IMG/VR virus record: IMGVR_UViG_3300025120_014373
DNA: 64,000 bases
Strand: one strand, 5' to 3'
Origin: an uncultured virus (IMG/VR IMGVR_UViG_3300025120_014373)
Taxonomy: Duplodnaviria > Heunggongvirae > Uroviricota > Caudoviricetes
The position numbers and the translations under genes are program-made. Below, in pieces: positions 50,111 through 60,579 of the stretch. The notes beneath the pieces were generated by a model. The model did no database searches, was not told the DNA's origin, and saw only the letters and a list, made by a program, of their open reading frames with translations. Each line of letters starts with the position of its first letter. Position 1 is the first letter of the stretch.

Positions 50111-51769
50111 TTAATACCCCATTTGTAGTGATCTAAATACATCTCCACTCTGGTCAAAATTTTTGGTTTGATTTGGTTGATTAGGTGCTGCGGGGTTAAC
50201 TGCTCCTGTTTTTTCAAGTATAGATCTAAGTAATAAATTTTGCTCTTTCATTAATGCTAAGCTATCATATTCAACGTCTATTAATTTCCCTAACATTTTC
50301 GGCGTTTTATTTAACGCTTCTCCTAAAGGTCCCCCATCTTTCATTGCGTATAAAGTATCTTGAGAATCTGGTATTACAACCTGTCCATTTTTTGTTATAA
50401 TACCATCATCTATTTTCTGGAGGGAACCATCCGCCTCCATGGCTGCTACTTGTTCCGCAGCTGACATACCTTCGTAATCTTTATGATCTATCCTAGGGTT
50501 TATTTTATTTACCTCTTCCACATCGTCTACGACTGGTCCCATATCTATTCCTAATAAATCACCTACTCTTGCTCGTACACTAACACCCAGAAGAGTTTCA
50601 GGTAATATATTTAAAACTTTCTTTAATAATTTATCCTTTATACGACCGAGAAACCCACCTATAGATGCAAGAGCCCCTTTACTTTTCTCTCCAGTTTCTT
50701 CATCTGTTTTACCAAATATAAAATCAGCTAAAGGTTTCATAAACGGTAAAGCAAACGCCATTTGTGTGAAACCTTCTTTGAAATCTCCAGTTAATACTTT
50801 ACCGACACCAGTGTAAAATTGTACTAGATTTTTGATAGGATAATTATTCATAATCTTATCTTTTATCTTACCGAAGAAAGATCCAATACCACCTGGTGCG
50901 CCACCAGGTTTAACTTTATCTTCTTTACCTTTCTTAACATCTAAAAAGGCATTGAGTACATCTAAACCAATTGATATACCAGTACCAATACCTGGAAATA
51001 AAGTAGCTATACCAGATGCTACATCAATTAAACCACCTACTATGTCTCCTTTCTTGAACCTACTGATAGCAAATCCCCATGATATGAGAGAGCCTATACC
51101 AGGTATCCTTTTTAATAGTGGTTTTAAAATTTTACCAAATAATTTACCTATAATACCGAAAAGTCCTTTAGCACCACCCTTACCAGCTATTTTCGCAAAC
51201 GGTTTTAAGAAAAATTTAGTTATATTACCTAAGAAACCTTTTGCCATCTTAATCACGCTACCAAATAAATTTTTAGGCATTATTTTAGCGAATAGACCGG
51301 TAAATTTAGCTAATTGTTTACCTGCCATCTTCTGGAAAAGCTTAATACCGCCAATAATACCGCCTTTTGATAGTATGTTCAAGAGACCTTTCAAAGGTCC
51401 ATCAGACATTATACCAGTTACAAGAGCTGCGATACCTCCAAGTATTAGTAATGCAGGTCCTATGAGCTTCTTAATAAAGCCCATGCCACCCTTCTCAGGG
51501 CCATTAAACTGGTTTTCAGTCTTGTTGCTAGTATTTGCTCTAGCTAAATCATCTTCAGCTTTCCTACCAAAATCAGTAACTATAACAGGGGAAGCTTCTT
51601 TAACTAATTTTTCTTTCTTCTTAGGTTCTTTTTTAAAAAGTTTACCACTACCGGTGCTAGCTCCCAAAGTCTTACCTATAGCTGATTCTAAGGTTTTTAA
51701 CCTTTTATCAGTATCAACTGAGACCTTTGAAATTATTTCGAATGCTTCCCCTATTGTAGCTGCTGCCAT
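50111..51769 (-). CDS. Tape-measure-like protein (gp29 position)
   Basis: G/K-rich amphipathic helices, KRIPGIG, GDIVGGL; TAAATA-6nt-ATG 51769. Confidence 0.65.
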   Translation of the reverse strand: MAAATIGEAFEIISKVSVDTDKRLKTLESAIGKTLGASTGSGKLFKKEPKKKEKLVKEASPVIVTDFGRKAEDDLARANTSNKTENQFNGPEKGGMGFIKKLIGPALLILGGIAALVTGIMSDGPLKGLLNILSKGGIIGGIKLFQKMAGKQLAKFTGLFAKIMPKNLFGSVIKMAKGFLGNITKFFLKPFAKIAGKGGAKGLFGIIGKLFGKILKPLLKRIPGIGSLISWGFAISRFKKGDIVGGLIDVASGIATLFPGIGTGISIGLDVLNAFLDVKKGKEDKVKPGGAPGGIGSFFGKIKDKIMNNYPIKNLVQFYTGVGKVLTGDFKEGFTQMAFALPFMKPLADFIFGKTDEETGEKSKGALASIGGFLGRIKDKLLKKVLNILPETLLGVSVRARVGDLLGIDMGPVVDDVEEVNKINPRIDHKDYEGMSAAEQVAAMEADGSLQKIDDGIITKNGQVVIPDSQDTLYAMKDGGPLGEALNKTPKMLGKLIDVEYDSLALMKEQNLLLRSILEKTGAVNPAAPNQPNQTKNFDQSGDVFRSLQMGY

Positions 51770-51787
51770 CAATATTATTTAGGGTAA

Positions 51788-52528
51788 CTATTGCACTATA
51801 AAGAAGTCTGCAGTTATATTAATATTTGTATCTGTCTTCGGTATTTTGCTTAATTTTAATTCTAAATCTCTAACTTCATTAATATACTTTAAGACCCCTT
51901 TTAATTCATACGTATTAATTTCATTAATGAATTTTAATGAATTATCTAAATTGTCCTGTATATTAATAGTTGTTTCCCCGAAACTAATTTCTTCGATAAA
52001 TTTAAGCATTTCATAAACATATAAATCGCTAATTAAAAGATTGATACTACCATCATCTAAAGTTTTATTTTTATATTTTTTAAGTAAAATTTTATTAATT
52101 TTATTATCAATTTCTAAATTTGGATTTTTAAGTTTAAATATAAAATTTTCTGTTACCACTTCACTAGGTTCTATTACTAGTTCTTCTTTATTTTGCTCTA
52201 TAACATCTGAAATATTGTATACATTATCGTCTTCATCCGTATATTCATCTGAAATTTTATGTCTTAAAGAAAGTGATATATTAACTCTATCTAATGTATT
52301 CAACTCTTTAATATCACCGGTAAAGTTTTCCTTAATAATATTAAAAAATGTTACATTAAAGAATAGAATAGATAGACTAGATGAAAAGCCATTTTCAATA
52401 ATAGATTTTTGTTGTTTTAAAGATAACGGAGAAATTTCAAACTCTTTATTATTGGAAGGAGAAAAAAAATTTAAATTTTTCTTTAAACCTTTAATTTCAT
52501 TTAAAACACTATTAAAATTATCAGACAT
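51788..52528 (-). CDS. Baseplate hub assembly protein, gp26-like
   Basis: PLSLKQQK, LNTLDR..I.L.LR, terminal DFF; context. Confidence 0.55.
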   Translation of the reverse strand: MSDNFNSVLNEIKGLKKNLNFFSPSNNKEFEISPLSLKQQKSIIENGFSSSLSILFFNVTFFNIIKENFTGDIKELNTLDRVNISLSLRHKISDEYTDEDDNVYNISDVIEQNKEELVIEPSEVVTENFIFKLKNPNLEIDNKINKILLKKYKNKTLDDGSINLLISDLYVYEMLKFIEEISFGETTINIQDNLDNSLKFINEINTYELKGVLKYINEVRDLELKLSKIPKTDTNINITADFFIVQ

Positions 52529-52548
52529 GTATATATTTACTAAGGTTT

Positions 52549-53310
52549 TTAATTTATACCAGTGGAAGATGAAGAATCTTTTTGATCTTGAAATTCCTTT
52601 ACTATTTTATTATAAAATATCTTTAACTCTGTAAAACTATAATTTTTAAAATCATTTGTGTTTAAATTTAATTGTTTTATCAAAACATACTCAAAATCAT
52701 AAAGATTTTCTAATGAGGTATTAAAAACACTTTTTAAAAAATATAAAACATCACCATTATAAACTAATAGCTTTTTATCTAGTATATTAATAGTACTCTT
52801 TAACAGATAATTACTACAATCCTCCATTATTTGTGCAAAGTTTGCATCTGTAACATTATTATATATTTCTTCTTTTTGTTCAACATTAAAAGTACTTACA
52901 TCTATATCTTTACCATTTAATTTAATACTTTTTAAATTATTATATAATTCATAACTTAAATCTTTTATATAAAATGTATTAAAACTTTTGAAAGCTAAAT
53001 TTTCTGAAATTAGATCATTTTCTTCTATATATGTTTTTTCTATAATACTATCTGTATCAAGTTTATAATTTACATCATTATAACTTATGTCAACTTTTTC
53101 ACCTAAAATTAATGATCGAATGTATAACAAACATTTGAATTTATCGAAAGCTGTTGATTCTTTTTTTGAAGTTACGTTGTCTTTGTATAATTTATCAAAT
53201 ATATCATTTAAAACCGATAAATCATTAGTTAAAAGTTCCTTAACCAGTTGTTTATATTGAAAATAACTTAATTCGGTTATCTTATAACCGTCAAAATAAA
53301 ATGAATTCAT
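52549..53310 (-). CDS. Baseplate hub assembly protein, gp26/gp51-like
   Basis: FDK...LLYIRSL..GE; C-terminal LIKQLN..ELKIF segment; context. Confidence 0.5.
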   Translation of the reverse strand: MNSFYFDGYKITELSYFQYKQLVKELLTNDLSVLNDIFDKLYKDNVTSKKESTAFDKFKCLLYIRSLILGEKVDISYNDVNYKLDTDSIIEKTYIEENDLISENLAFKSFNTFYIKDLSYELYNNLKSIKLNGKDIDVSTFNVEQKEEIYNNVTDANFAQIMEDCSNYLLKSTINILDKKLLVYNGDVLYFLKSVFNTSLENLYDFEYVLIKQLNLNTNDFKNYSFTELKIFYNKIVKEFQDQKDSSSSTGIN

Positions 53311-54155
53311 TAATATATAGGATTAATAGCTTTTAACATCTCAGAAACACTAAGATATAAATTACTACTTACTTCATACTTATCAAAAGTCCAAGTAGTA
53401 TTAAAATTCTTAACTGTTTCTTCTTCACCAATAGAGTAATCTCTATTAGAAACAGATGTAGGTACACAATTATAAAATCTCCATGTTTTTCTAGGTATTT
53501 GAGATAAACCTTCTTTACTTTTGGTGTATTGCACTACAGTTAGATTCGTTTTTGGATCCTTTAAAACTTCACTTCGATCATTAGGATTTCTTGCTACTAA
53601 ACCATAATGAGATGCCATAATAACCCACGGTCTTATAACAAAGTCTACAAATGATGTATTAGTTTCTCGTAAACTTAAATTAAAATTACCAAAATTACCT
53701 CTATTTTTTAATACAGAACCAGCTATAAAACCTCTATTATTAGGTATTGGGGCCTTATTTGCTTCAACCGTATCATCAGGAATACTAAACTGATTTGCAA
53801 ATATACAACCTACCATACTTTGATTTTTAAAATTAGTTGTAGTTTCTTTGGCTAAATTAATATCAAAACCTGTCGAATTAACAACTGGTTCTAAATCTCT
53901 TAACACTCGTGTTGTTAAGCCTTGTGGAAAATTATCTATTAATACAATAAATTGTGTGTTTAAAGGTATAGAAGTATTCCACTGACTTAAACTTTTTAGG
54001 AATGTATCTCTAAAACTAATTAACGGGGTTCCTGGTAAATTAGTACCAAATAACGATAAACCAGGCTGAGCTAATGTACCACCTATAATTTTATTAATAG
54101 GGTTAGTAACTCCTCTTAATGCATTATTAACTGAATTTAATATTTTAGTAGGCAT
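53310..54155 (-). CDS. Tail tube initiator, gp54-like
   Basis: Tube-fold motifs RETN, RPW, WRFYNCVPTSV; adjacent to gp19. Confidence 0.6.
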   Translation of the reverse strand: MPTKILNSVNNALRGVTNPINKIIGGTLAQPGLSLFGTNLPGTPLISFRDTFLKSLSQWNTSIPLNTQFIVLIDNFPQGLTTRVLRDLEPVVNSTGFDINLAKETTTNFKNQSMVGCIFANQFSIPDDTVEANKAPIPNNRGFIAGSVLKNRGNFGNFNLSLRETNTSFVDFVIRPWVIMASHYGLVARNPNDRSEVLKDPKTNLTVVQYTKSKEGLSQIPRKTWRFYNCVPTSVSNRDYSIGEEETVKNFNTTWTFDKYEVSSNLYLSVSEMLKAINPIY

Positions 54156-54171
54156 TTAAATATATTTATAC

Positions 54172-54202
54172 AAAAAAAAGCTCTCACAAAGAGAGCTTTT
54201 TT
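54172..54202. terminator. Intrinsic terminator after gp19, possibly bidirectional
   Basis: AAAAAAGCTCTC-ACAAA-GAGAGCTTTTTT. Confidence 0.85.
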
Positions 54203-54217
54203 AGAACTTAATAAATT

Positions 54218-54763
54218 TTAAGCTGTTTGTCTAAAGTAATGATATGTAACTGTAACGTCAAAATCTTGGACTGTACCTTCAGCAGTTACATCGTAACTTA
54301 ACTCCCCAACACTTTTAATAGCAACCCCTACTAATTGGAATTGAGATACTCTATCTAATTCCTTGTCTAATAAAGCTAAGTCAATAACACTATCAGCAGT
54401 AGGCATAAAATAATTACCAGTACTATCTGCATCATCAAAAGTATCATTTAGAACCTGTAAAAATCTATTTCTTAAATCATAGCTTTCATCACACCTAAAG
54501 GTAATAGTGTACCCACCGCTTCCTGTATATTTGGTTACACCTGGTATATTAAAATCTAACCCCATATATGGTACTGTTTGCGATGTAACTTCTTTACCAG
54601 GTAATGTAGCTGTCTTCGCGTAAATTAAATCGTCTTCATCAAAATTAATCTCTGTACCACCACCGAAGCTTATATTTAAAACTCTAAAAAGATTATTTCT
54701 TGCAAAGTCCTTAGATTGGGCTTGTGTATAAAAATTTTGTATTGTTTGTCTTGTCTGTGCCAT
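54218..54763 (-). CDS. gp19: Tail tube protein
   Basis: ARNNLFRV, ATLPG, VPYMG, FDVTVTYHYF. Confidence 0.88.
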   Translation of the reverse strand: MAQTRQTIQNFYTQAQSKDFARNNLFRVLNISFGGGTEINFDEDDLIYAKTATLPGKEVTSQTVPYMGLDFNIPGVTKYTGSGGYTITFRCDESYDLRNRFLQVLNDTFDDADSTGNYFMPTADSVIDLALLDKELDRVSQFQLVGVAIKSVGELSYDVTAEGTVQDFDVTVTYHYFRQTA

Positions 54764-54798
54764 GGTTATTAATATTTATTCATTTATACTAAATTTAA

Positions 54799-55428
54799 TT
54801 AAGCTTGACGTAATAATATTTTGTATATAGTACCGCCTAAGTTTACATTAAAAGTATGGCTAGCGGATAAATCACTAGTAGCAGCTGCTGTCATGGTAAA
54901 TTTATCAGTAACAGCAGATGTTGGAGCAAGTACTGTTGCATTATCTATACCTAAAGCAGATGCCGAAGCTAGTACTGTTGATATACCCTCGACATCGTCA
55001 GATAATTCATCTAATTCAGCAGATAAACCAAGTTGTACAGTACTGACTATATTAACATCTGTCCGTATAGCATTTACCACAGACACATTCGTTGCAGCTT
55101 CAGCTATAGCAGATACAGTTACGATATCAGTTATATTTTCATCTACAACAGCGGATATTGCGGTAATCTTTGTTGTAGATCCAACACTACTGGTCTCTAA
55201 AGCAGCAATACTCGCAGCATTTGTATCTATACTACCGGATAAAAAATTTATATCTAATGTATTAAGTGCATCATAAGCTGATAATGCAGTTACATTATCA
55301 CCGACTAACGATGCAAATGTAATTTTTTTAGATTCATCTGTTTGTACATCTACAATATAAAGTAGGTCATCACTATCAAAATTAAGTGGTGGTATAGTAG
55401 GTAATTCTGTTAATTTTCTATTTGCCAT
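54799..55428 (-). CDS. Small fibre-like virion protein
   Basis: N-terminal KLTELP..DLLYIVD..SKKITF, then coiled coil. Confidence 0.65.
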   Translation of the reverse strand: MANRKLTELPTIPPLNFDSDDLLYIVDVQTDESKKITFASLVGDNVTALSAYDALNTLDINFLSGSIDTNAASIAALETSSVGSTTKITAISAVVDENITDIVTVSAIAEAATNVSVVNAIRTDVNIVSTVQLGLSAELDELSDDVEGISTVLASASALGIDNATVLAPTSAVTDKFTMTAAATSDLSASHTFNVNLGGTIYKILLRQA

Positions 55429-55552
55429 TTTATGTTACTTGGGTTAATACTCCGCTTAAAAATGTTAATGTAGTACCAGATATTACAACATCTCGAGATA
55501 AACCTGTACCTATTGTACCTTCAATATCATCAGATAATTCATCTAATTCAGC
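54998..55552. repeat. 23 bp exact repeat (54998-55020, 55530-55552) in two paralogous genes
   Basis: TCAGATAATTCATCTAATTCAGC, within the shared peptide VQLGLSAELDELSDD. Confidence 0.9.
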
Positions 55553-55831
55553 TGATAATCCAAGTTGAACTGAACATAATATTCGAGTAGTGGTTGTTAA
55601 AGGACCTACGTTAATATTAGCAGATTCAAAGGCACCTGAAAGGTCAAGTACTGTACTTTGATTTGTATCAACATTAGTGGTTAACGTGGTAATATTATCA
55701 TTAACCCCGCTAAGTAGATCTTGAAAGGTTATTTTATTAGAAGTACCTCCTGATGCTTTAACAATGTACAATACATCGCTGTTACTTGCAACAGTTATAG
55801 GAGTTAAATCTGATACTTTTGTATCTGCCAT
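55430..55831 (-). CDS. Small fibre-like virion protein, paralog of 54799..55428
   Basis: KVSDLTP..DVLYIV..SNKITF; shared 15 aa block. Confidence 0.65.
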   Translation of the reverse strand: MADTKVSDLTPITVASNSDVLYIVKASGGTSNKITFQDLLSGVNDNITTLTTNVDTNQSTVLDLSGAFESANINVGPLTTTTRILCSVQLGLSAELDELSDDIEGTIGTGLSRDVVISGTTLTFLSGVLTQVT

Positions 55832-55859
55832 GTAATTATTTAATTAGATGACTTTGTTA

Positions 55860-58241
55860 TTAAACTAATTCGTTAAAATCTGTACCTGTTTTTGTTGCGT
55901 AGAAATTAACTAATATAAACTCTGCAGCTCTTGTAGGCTTTAAATAAATATCAATTCTTAATTCATTTGCATCGATAATATCTGGTGTATTATTTCTTTC
56001 ATCACAAATAATTAGATAATCAAATAAACCTTCTGTATTCTTAACATCTTCAAAAATAGGTGTCAATGTATTAACTACTCTTGTTCTCGTTAATAATGTG
56101 TTTGGTTCAAATATAAAGTTTCTAACTGTATTCTTTGTAGCTTTTTCTAGATATAAGAATAAACGTCTAACATTAATTCTATCAAATGCACTTGGAAGTT
56201 TTTGCAACGTCTTTTGACCAAACACAACTGGCCCTTCGACTGGAAATGATGGAATTGGGTTAACAGATATCTTATATAGTTGATCTCTTTGCTTCTGTGT
56301 TGGGAATAATGCTAAACCAGCTGCTCCAGTTAATCTACCTCTTGCAAAACCTGCTGGTGCAAACCATGGGTCAAAATTAGCATCTGTATTAGCCATGATC
56401 GAAGCAAGATAACCAGATGATGGGCAATAAGATAAACCACCATATAATGTATCATTACTTTGTACCCATTGACCATATGTCGCAGCATAACTAGAATTAA
56501 CTTGTGAACCAAATGCTTTTATCGGGTTAAGTACATCTTTAGAAAAGTTCTTATTATTATCTTGTAAAGTTAAGAAACTTTCCCCTTGAACAAAAATTGA
56601 TCTCGGTAAATCGGCAATAAAAATATGATCTTTTCTTCTAAATTCTGCAAATGTTACAAATCTAGTTATAACATCATTCCAATAACCTCTATACTTGGAT
56701 GCTTCATCGCTTAGTCCTGTATTTTCCGTTCTTGTTGTTCTAAAACCACTGATAGCTTCTATATGGGTTGTATCGTCATATGATTTAGAACCCAATGTTT
56801 GCACTGATGAGTGAATTGTTGATAAACCACCATCGACTGTAATATCAATGTCAAATCTTTCAGTATTTTCAACTGTGTCTAATAGGCGATCTAATTTTTT
56901 AGGAATGTTACCAATTACTTTATTACTAAGATCTGTATCAGCATATGAACCTAAAGCAAATAAACTATTAGTAGTACCTGGTAAGGTATTTGTTTGTACT
57001 GAATCGACTAGTGCACTAAGACCACCTTGCGTATTAGTAGTACCACCATATGCTGCTGATAAAGTGGTCCAATTATTAGTTAAATCTTTTGTTCTATTAG
57101 TTACCAATCTAATCTTAGTTTTAGGTATACCATCTGCATCTAAATATGTTGATTTATTTCTATTACTCAAGAAATCATTAACCATTATATCCATTGTTGG
57201 TAATTGATTCTCAGTTTCAATTCTGAATGGTAAAGGTTCACCACCTTGAGGGTCATTAATACGTCTATGGTAATCTGTCGAACCAACTACTGTTTCTTCA
57301 AGATTTAGAGTTAATTTAATTGTATTATTAGTAGCTGGGGTAACGGCTAATCTAAATAAACCTATCGATAAAGTATCATCGAATTGATTTGTTGATATAT
57401 CATAGTCAGTTAAATTTTCCATTTGCTCAGATATACTATTATCATTAGCTCCAAATGTATCTACATTATTACTACTTTTCGCTGAAAGTATATTATCTAA
57501 CCTAGTAGAAGGCAAGTTAATAAACGTTTCAGTTTTTAAATTTAATGCATTACCACTTATTGCATTGGTAAGTGTTTGAATATCTATGATCCCATCAAAA
57601 TTTGTCGCTGGGTTTAAATTTGTATTATCAATAGCACCTAAATAGAACCCTTGAAAAGATTGGTCAATTGTTGTCTGAGCTTTATTAACGACTAGAAATG
57701 CTGCTTTACCAAGTGATGCTAAAGTACCAAAGTTTGATGCTGTCTCATCTATCCAGTCAAAACCATTTTTTTGCTGGATTTTGAAATATGTTTCTTGGTC
57801 AATTGTAAAATGTTCTGGTTCACCTATTAATACTGTACGTGTACTACTAACTGCTCCAGTATTACTAAAAGTTGATAATGCTGTTGATGAGCTGGCTGCA
57901 TCATCAATTGAAATCGCAGATGCAGGGTATGCTAATACACTATAATTATTACCGAATCCAACCCCTCTATCTTCACCGTAAGGCATTCTATAAACAAATA
58001 CATTTGCTGGGCTATTAAATAAAGCTCTGGCGGTACTTGATAGATATAACTCTGCTGGTACCGTTGGTTCACCGTAGATATCGGCAAACTCACTACGTGA
58101 AGTTACTTGAATAACTTCATCGGTAGGTCCTTTATCAGCAAAACCTGTAATTAAAACGTTTGTACCTGCAGGGACTACAGGTCTTATAGATTGATCGATT
58201 TCTCTAATTTCTACTCCGGGAGATTGAATTGTACGTGCCAT
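55860..58241 (-). CDS. gp18: Tail sheath protein
   Basis: SPGVEIREID, WFAPAGFARG, FDRINVRRLFL, FIFEPN, KPTRAAEFI. Confidence 0.96.
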   Translation of the reverse strand: MARTIQSPGVEIREIDQSIRPVVPAGTNVLITGFADKGPTDEVIQVTSRSEFADIYGEPTVPAELYLSSTARALFNSPANVFVYRMPYGEDRGVGFGNNYSVLAYPASAISIDDAASSSTALSTFSNTGAVSSTRTVLIGEPEHFTIDQETYFKIQQKNGFDWIDETASNFGTLASLGKAAFLVVNKAQTTIDQSFQGFYLGAIDNTNLNPATNFDGIIDIQTLTNAISGNALNLKTETFINLPSTRLDNILSAKSSNNVDTFGANDNSISEQMENLTDYDISTNQFDDTLSIGLFRLAVTPATNNTIKLTLNLEETVVGSTDYHRRINDPQGGEPLPFRIETENQLPTMDIMVNDFLSNRNKSTYLDADGIPKTKIRLVTNRTKDLTNNWTTLSAAYGGTTNTQGGLSALVDSVQTNTLPGTTNSLFALGSYADTDLSNKVIGNIPKKLDRLLDTVENTERFDIDITVDGGLSTIHSSVQTLGSKSYDDTTHIEAISGFRTTRTENTGLSDEASKYRGYWNDVITRFVTFAEFRRKDHIFIADLPRSIFVQGESFLTLQDNNKNFSKDVLNPIKAFGSQVNSSYAATYGQWVQSNDTLYGGLSYCPSSGYLASIMANTDANFDPWFAPAGFARGRLTGAAGLALFPTQKQRDQLYKISVNPIPSFPVEGPVVFGQKTLQKLPSAFDRINVRRLFLYLEKATKNTVRNFIFEPNTLLTRTRVVNTLTPIFEDVKNTEGLFDYLIICDERNNTPDIIDANELRIDIYLKPTRAAEFILVNFYATKTGTDFNELV

Positions 58242-58273
58242 ATACTATTATTTATAGCATCCTGAGGTAAAAA

Positions 58274-58888
58274 TTATACCAATTCAACTAATAACTGAGA
58301 GAATGCAAATTCTAAAGTTGTTTCAATTTCACCTGGGGTCCGGTAGTTGAAATTAATACCGCCTAAATTTACAGGGAATGCTTTAGTAAACACAAATTTA
58401 ACTTTATTTTTATCAAATTCATCCTTAGCATATAATGAAATATCGGCTTGATATAAATCAGTCGGTGTAAGAGTGTTCGGATTTTTCCTTTCTTTAGGTG
58501 AAATGTTAGGCTTGTTAAATATATTTTTTCCATTAAACGTAGAAATCTTTTCATCATTCATTAAATCGAGCCATTTATATAGCAGCCAATAATTATTAAA
58601 TTCATTATCAATAGTAAAATTGACAGTTACATTGTCATAAACTGGTCTTGTATGTTTAGACACTTTCATTGATTGACCGGCATAATACAGGCTTTCCTCA
58701 GGTACTTGTATTGGTGGTACAACAGTACCGTATACTGAAAACTGTAAACTATTTTCAATTATAGATGTATTTTTTCTACTACCTAAATATTGTTCACTAA
58801 TGTCTTTAAGTATAGGCGGTAGGCTTAAAACAAGTAAAAACTTATCTAATCTACTTTTATTAAACTGTGATTGATTTATTGTCCCCAT
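58274..58888 (-). CDS. gp3: Tail completion protein gp3-like
   Basis: YDNVTVNFTID..F.NY..LYKW, F..AFPVNLGGINF. Confidence 0.8.
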   Translation of the reverse strand: MGTINQSQFNKSRLDKFLLVLSLPPILKDISEQYLGSRKNTSIIENSLQFSVYGTVVPPIQVPEESLYYAGQSMKVSKHTRPVYDNVTVNFTIDNEFNNYWLLYKWLDLMNDEKISTFNGKNIFNKPNISPKERKNPNTLTPTDLYQADISLYAKDEFDKNKVKFVFTKAFPVNLGGINFNYRTPGEIETTLEFAFSQLLVELV

Positions 58889-60561
58889 ACTTTAAAGCCT
58901 TGCATTTGTAATTGATCTATTTCACTATTAGTATTCGAAGCGTTGCCTATAATAACTGGTAGTGTATTGTTGAGCCCACCTTTTTCGTTAGAATATAAAG
59001 AAGTTGGGTCTATAAAATATTTAATACCAAAATCCATTTGTTGCAGTTCTAAAGGCCTATTATTAGTATCTTTTTTAACTACATCAAAATATGTTTCAAC
59101 AATATCATTATCTAGTATAATCAGGTTCCACATGAGTGAGGTGACTAAATCATCGTGATACCCCTTCTTTGCATTCCATGTACCGTTTGCAGCTTTTACA
59201 TAGTTTTTCAATTCTTTAACTGTTCTACTGTCATTTATTTGAACTGACTCTAATTCATTAACCCAATAGCGCATATTAGTAACTGCTTTATATTTTGTAT
59301 TTGTATGTGAAATAATACCCAATTGTTGTTTCTTTCTATTAGCCAATGAACCTCCCCATGATACAATATTTTCATAATCGTGAGTATTTTTAAGTATATC
59401 AACTACTTGACCACCGCTATTATTTCTTTCAACGCAAACTAATGGGTTACCCCAGTGCTGCAATATTTCATAAACCTTTTCAGTGAAGTTATATGGTGAT
59501 ATTTCATTGTTATGGTATACTGCTACTTGTTTAATGTTGGTTAAATCGGTATAATCTAATATTTGAACTACTGATGCATCTTTACCTAACCCTTCAGCAG
59601 TATCAACGCTTGCTATATATATACCGTTTTCTGAAGGCTCGTCCCATAAAAGATATTTACCATCATCGAATACAAATTTTGGTTCAGAAGTTTTACTTTT
59701 GAGTTTTTCAAATAATTCATCATTAACTGAACTTTCTCCTGATGAAATAAATTCACAATTAAATTCTTGCTCAAATGCTTCTCTACTACCAATACTATTA
59801 ATAGTTTGTTTTCTCCATTTTTCATCTCTACCGGGGACTTCATTCCATAAAATTTTATCACAAGCCCAATCATTTTCATTATTTTCAGCACCTGAATATA
59901 ATTTGTAAAAAAGATTATCAGTACCATTGGCAGTTGATGCAATAAAAATTTTAGATTTTTTGGAAGAAGAAACAATTGGATAAACTGATTTCCAGAAATC
60001 ATCTACTAAATGTGGCTCAATAAAAGCAAGCTCGTCAAGTATAAGACAATTTACCGATTGACCACGAGCAGCAGTACCAGTTGTGGTGGATATACCTATT
60101 TTTGTACCATTGGCTAATAATATAGATGTTTTACCATATTCTTTAACACCTGGTTTTAACCAGTTAGGTAATTCTTCATATGCTAATCTTATTCTACTCA
60201 TTATTTCTAATGCTGTACCTTCTTTATTAGCTACAATTAATATTCTTTGATCTTCATTAAAGCATGCTATCCATAAAGCATAAATTGTCATCATAGTGGT
60301 CTTACCTATCTGACGACTTGCTAATAATATAAAAAAGCGATTATCTCTCATCTTACGTAATGCTCTTTTTTGGCAGTAATGTAGATCAATTGTCTTTTTA
60401 CCTTCATCCAAGGATATAATATAAAAGAACCTTTCTGCAAAGTGTAAAATGTTTTTCTTACACTTTTTTAAGTCCTGGACCATGCCTGGAGTATATTCAA
60501 ATTCCGAACCAACTGTAGGTAGATTCGGGTTATTCATATAATTTTGTTTATTTTTAATCAT
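58876..60561 (-). CDS. gp17: Terminase large subunit
   Basis: RQIGKTT, ILDELAF, ASTANG, FEQEFNCEF, VDTAEG, HDDLV. Confidence 0.97.
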   Translation of the reverse strand: MIKNKQNYMNNPNLPTVGSEFEYTPGMVQDLKKCKKNILHFAERFFYIISLDEGKKTIDLHYCQKRALRKMRDNRFFILLASRQIGKTTMMTIYALWIACFNEDQRILIVANKEGTALEIMSRIRLAYEELPNWLKPGVKEYGKTSILLANGTKIGISTTTGTAARGQSVNCLILDELAFIEPHLVDDFWKSVYPIVSSSKKSKIFIASTANGTDNLFYKLYSGAENNENDWACDKILWNEVPGRDEKWRKQTINSIGSREAFEQEFNCEFISSGESSVNDELFEKLKSKTSEPKFVFDDGKYLLWDEPSENGIYIASVDTAEGLGKDASVVQILDYTDLTNIKQVAVYHNNEISPYNFTEKVYEILQHWGNPLVCVERNNSGGQVVDILKNTHDYENIVSWGGSLANRKKQQLGIISHTNTKYKAVTNMRYWVNELESVQINDSRTVKELKNYVKAANGTWNAKKGYHDDLVTSLMWNLIILDNDIVETYFDVVKKDTNNRPLELQQMDFGIKYFIDPTSLYSNEKGGLNNTLPVIIGNASNTNSEIDQLQMQGFKVWGQ

Positions 60562-60568
60562 CTCGCTA

Positions 60569-60578
60569 TAAATATTTA
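60569..60578. promoter_or_regulatory. Palindromic late-promoter box between divergent genes
   Basis: TAAATATTTA gives TAAATA on both strands. Confidence 0.6.
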
Positions 60579-60579
60579 C

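Noticed and set aside
50952..52634. Long plus-strand ORFs 50952..51782 and 52041..52634
   Set aside because: Antisense shadows of the tape-measure-like and gp26-like genes arising from codon bias
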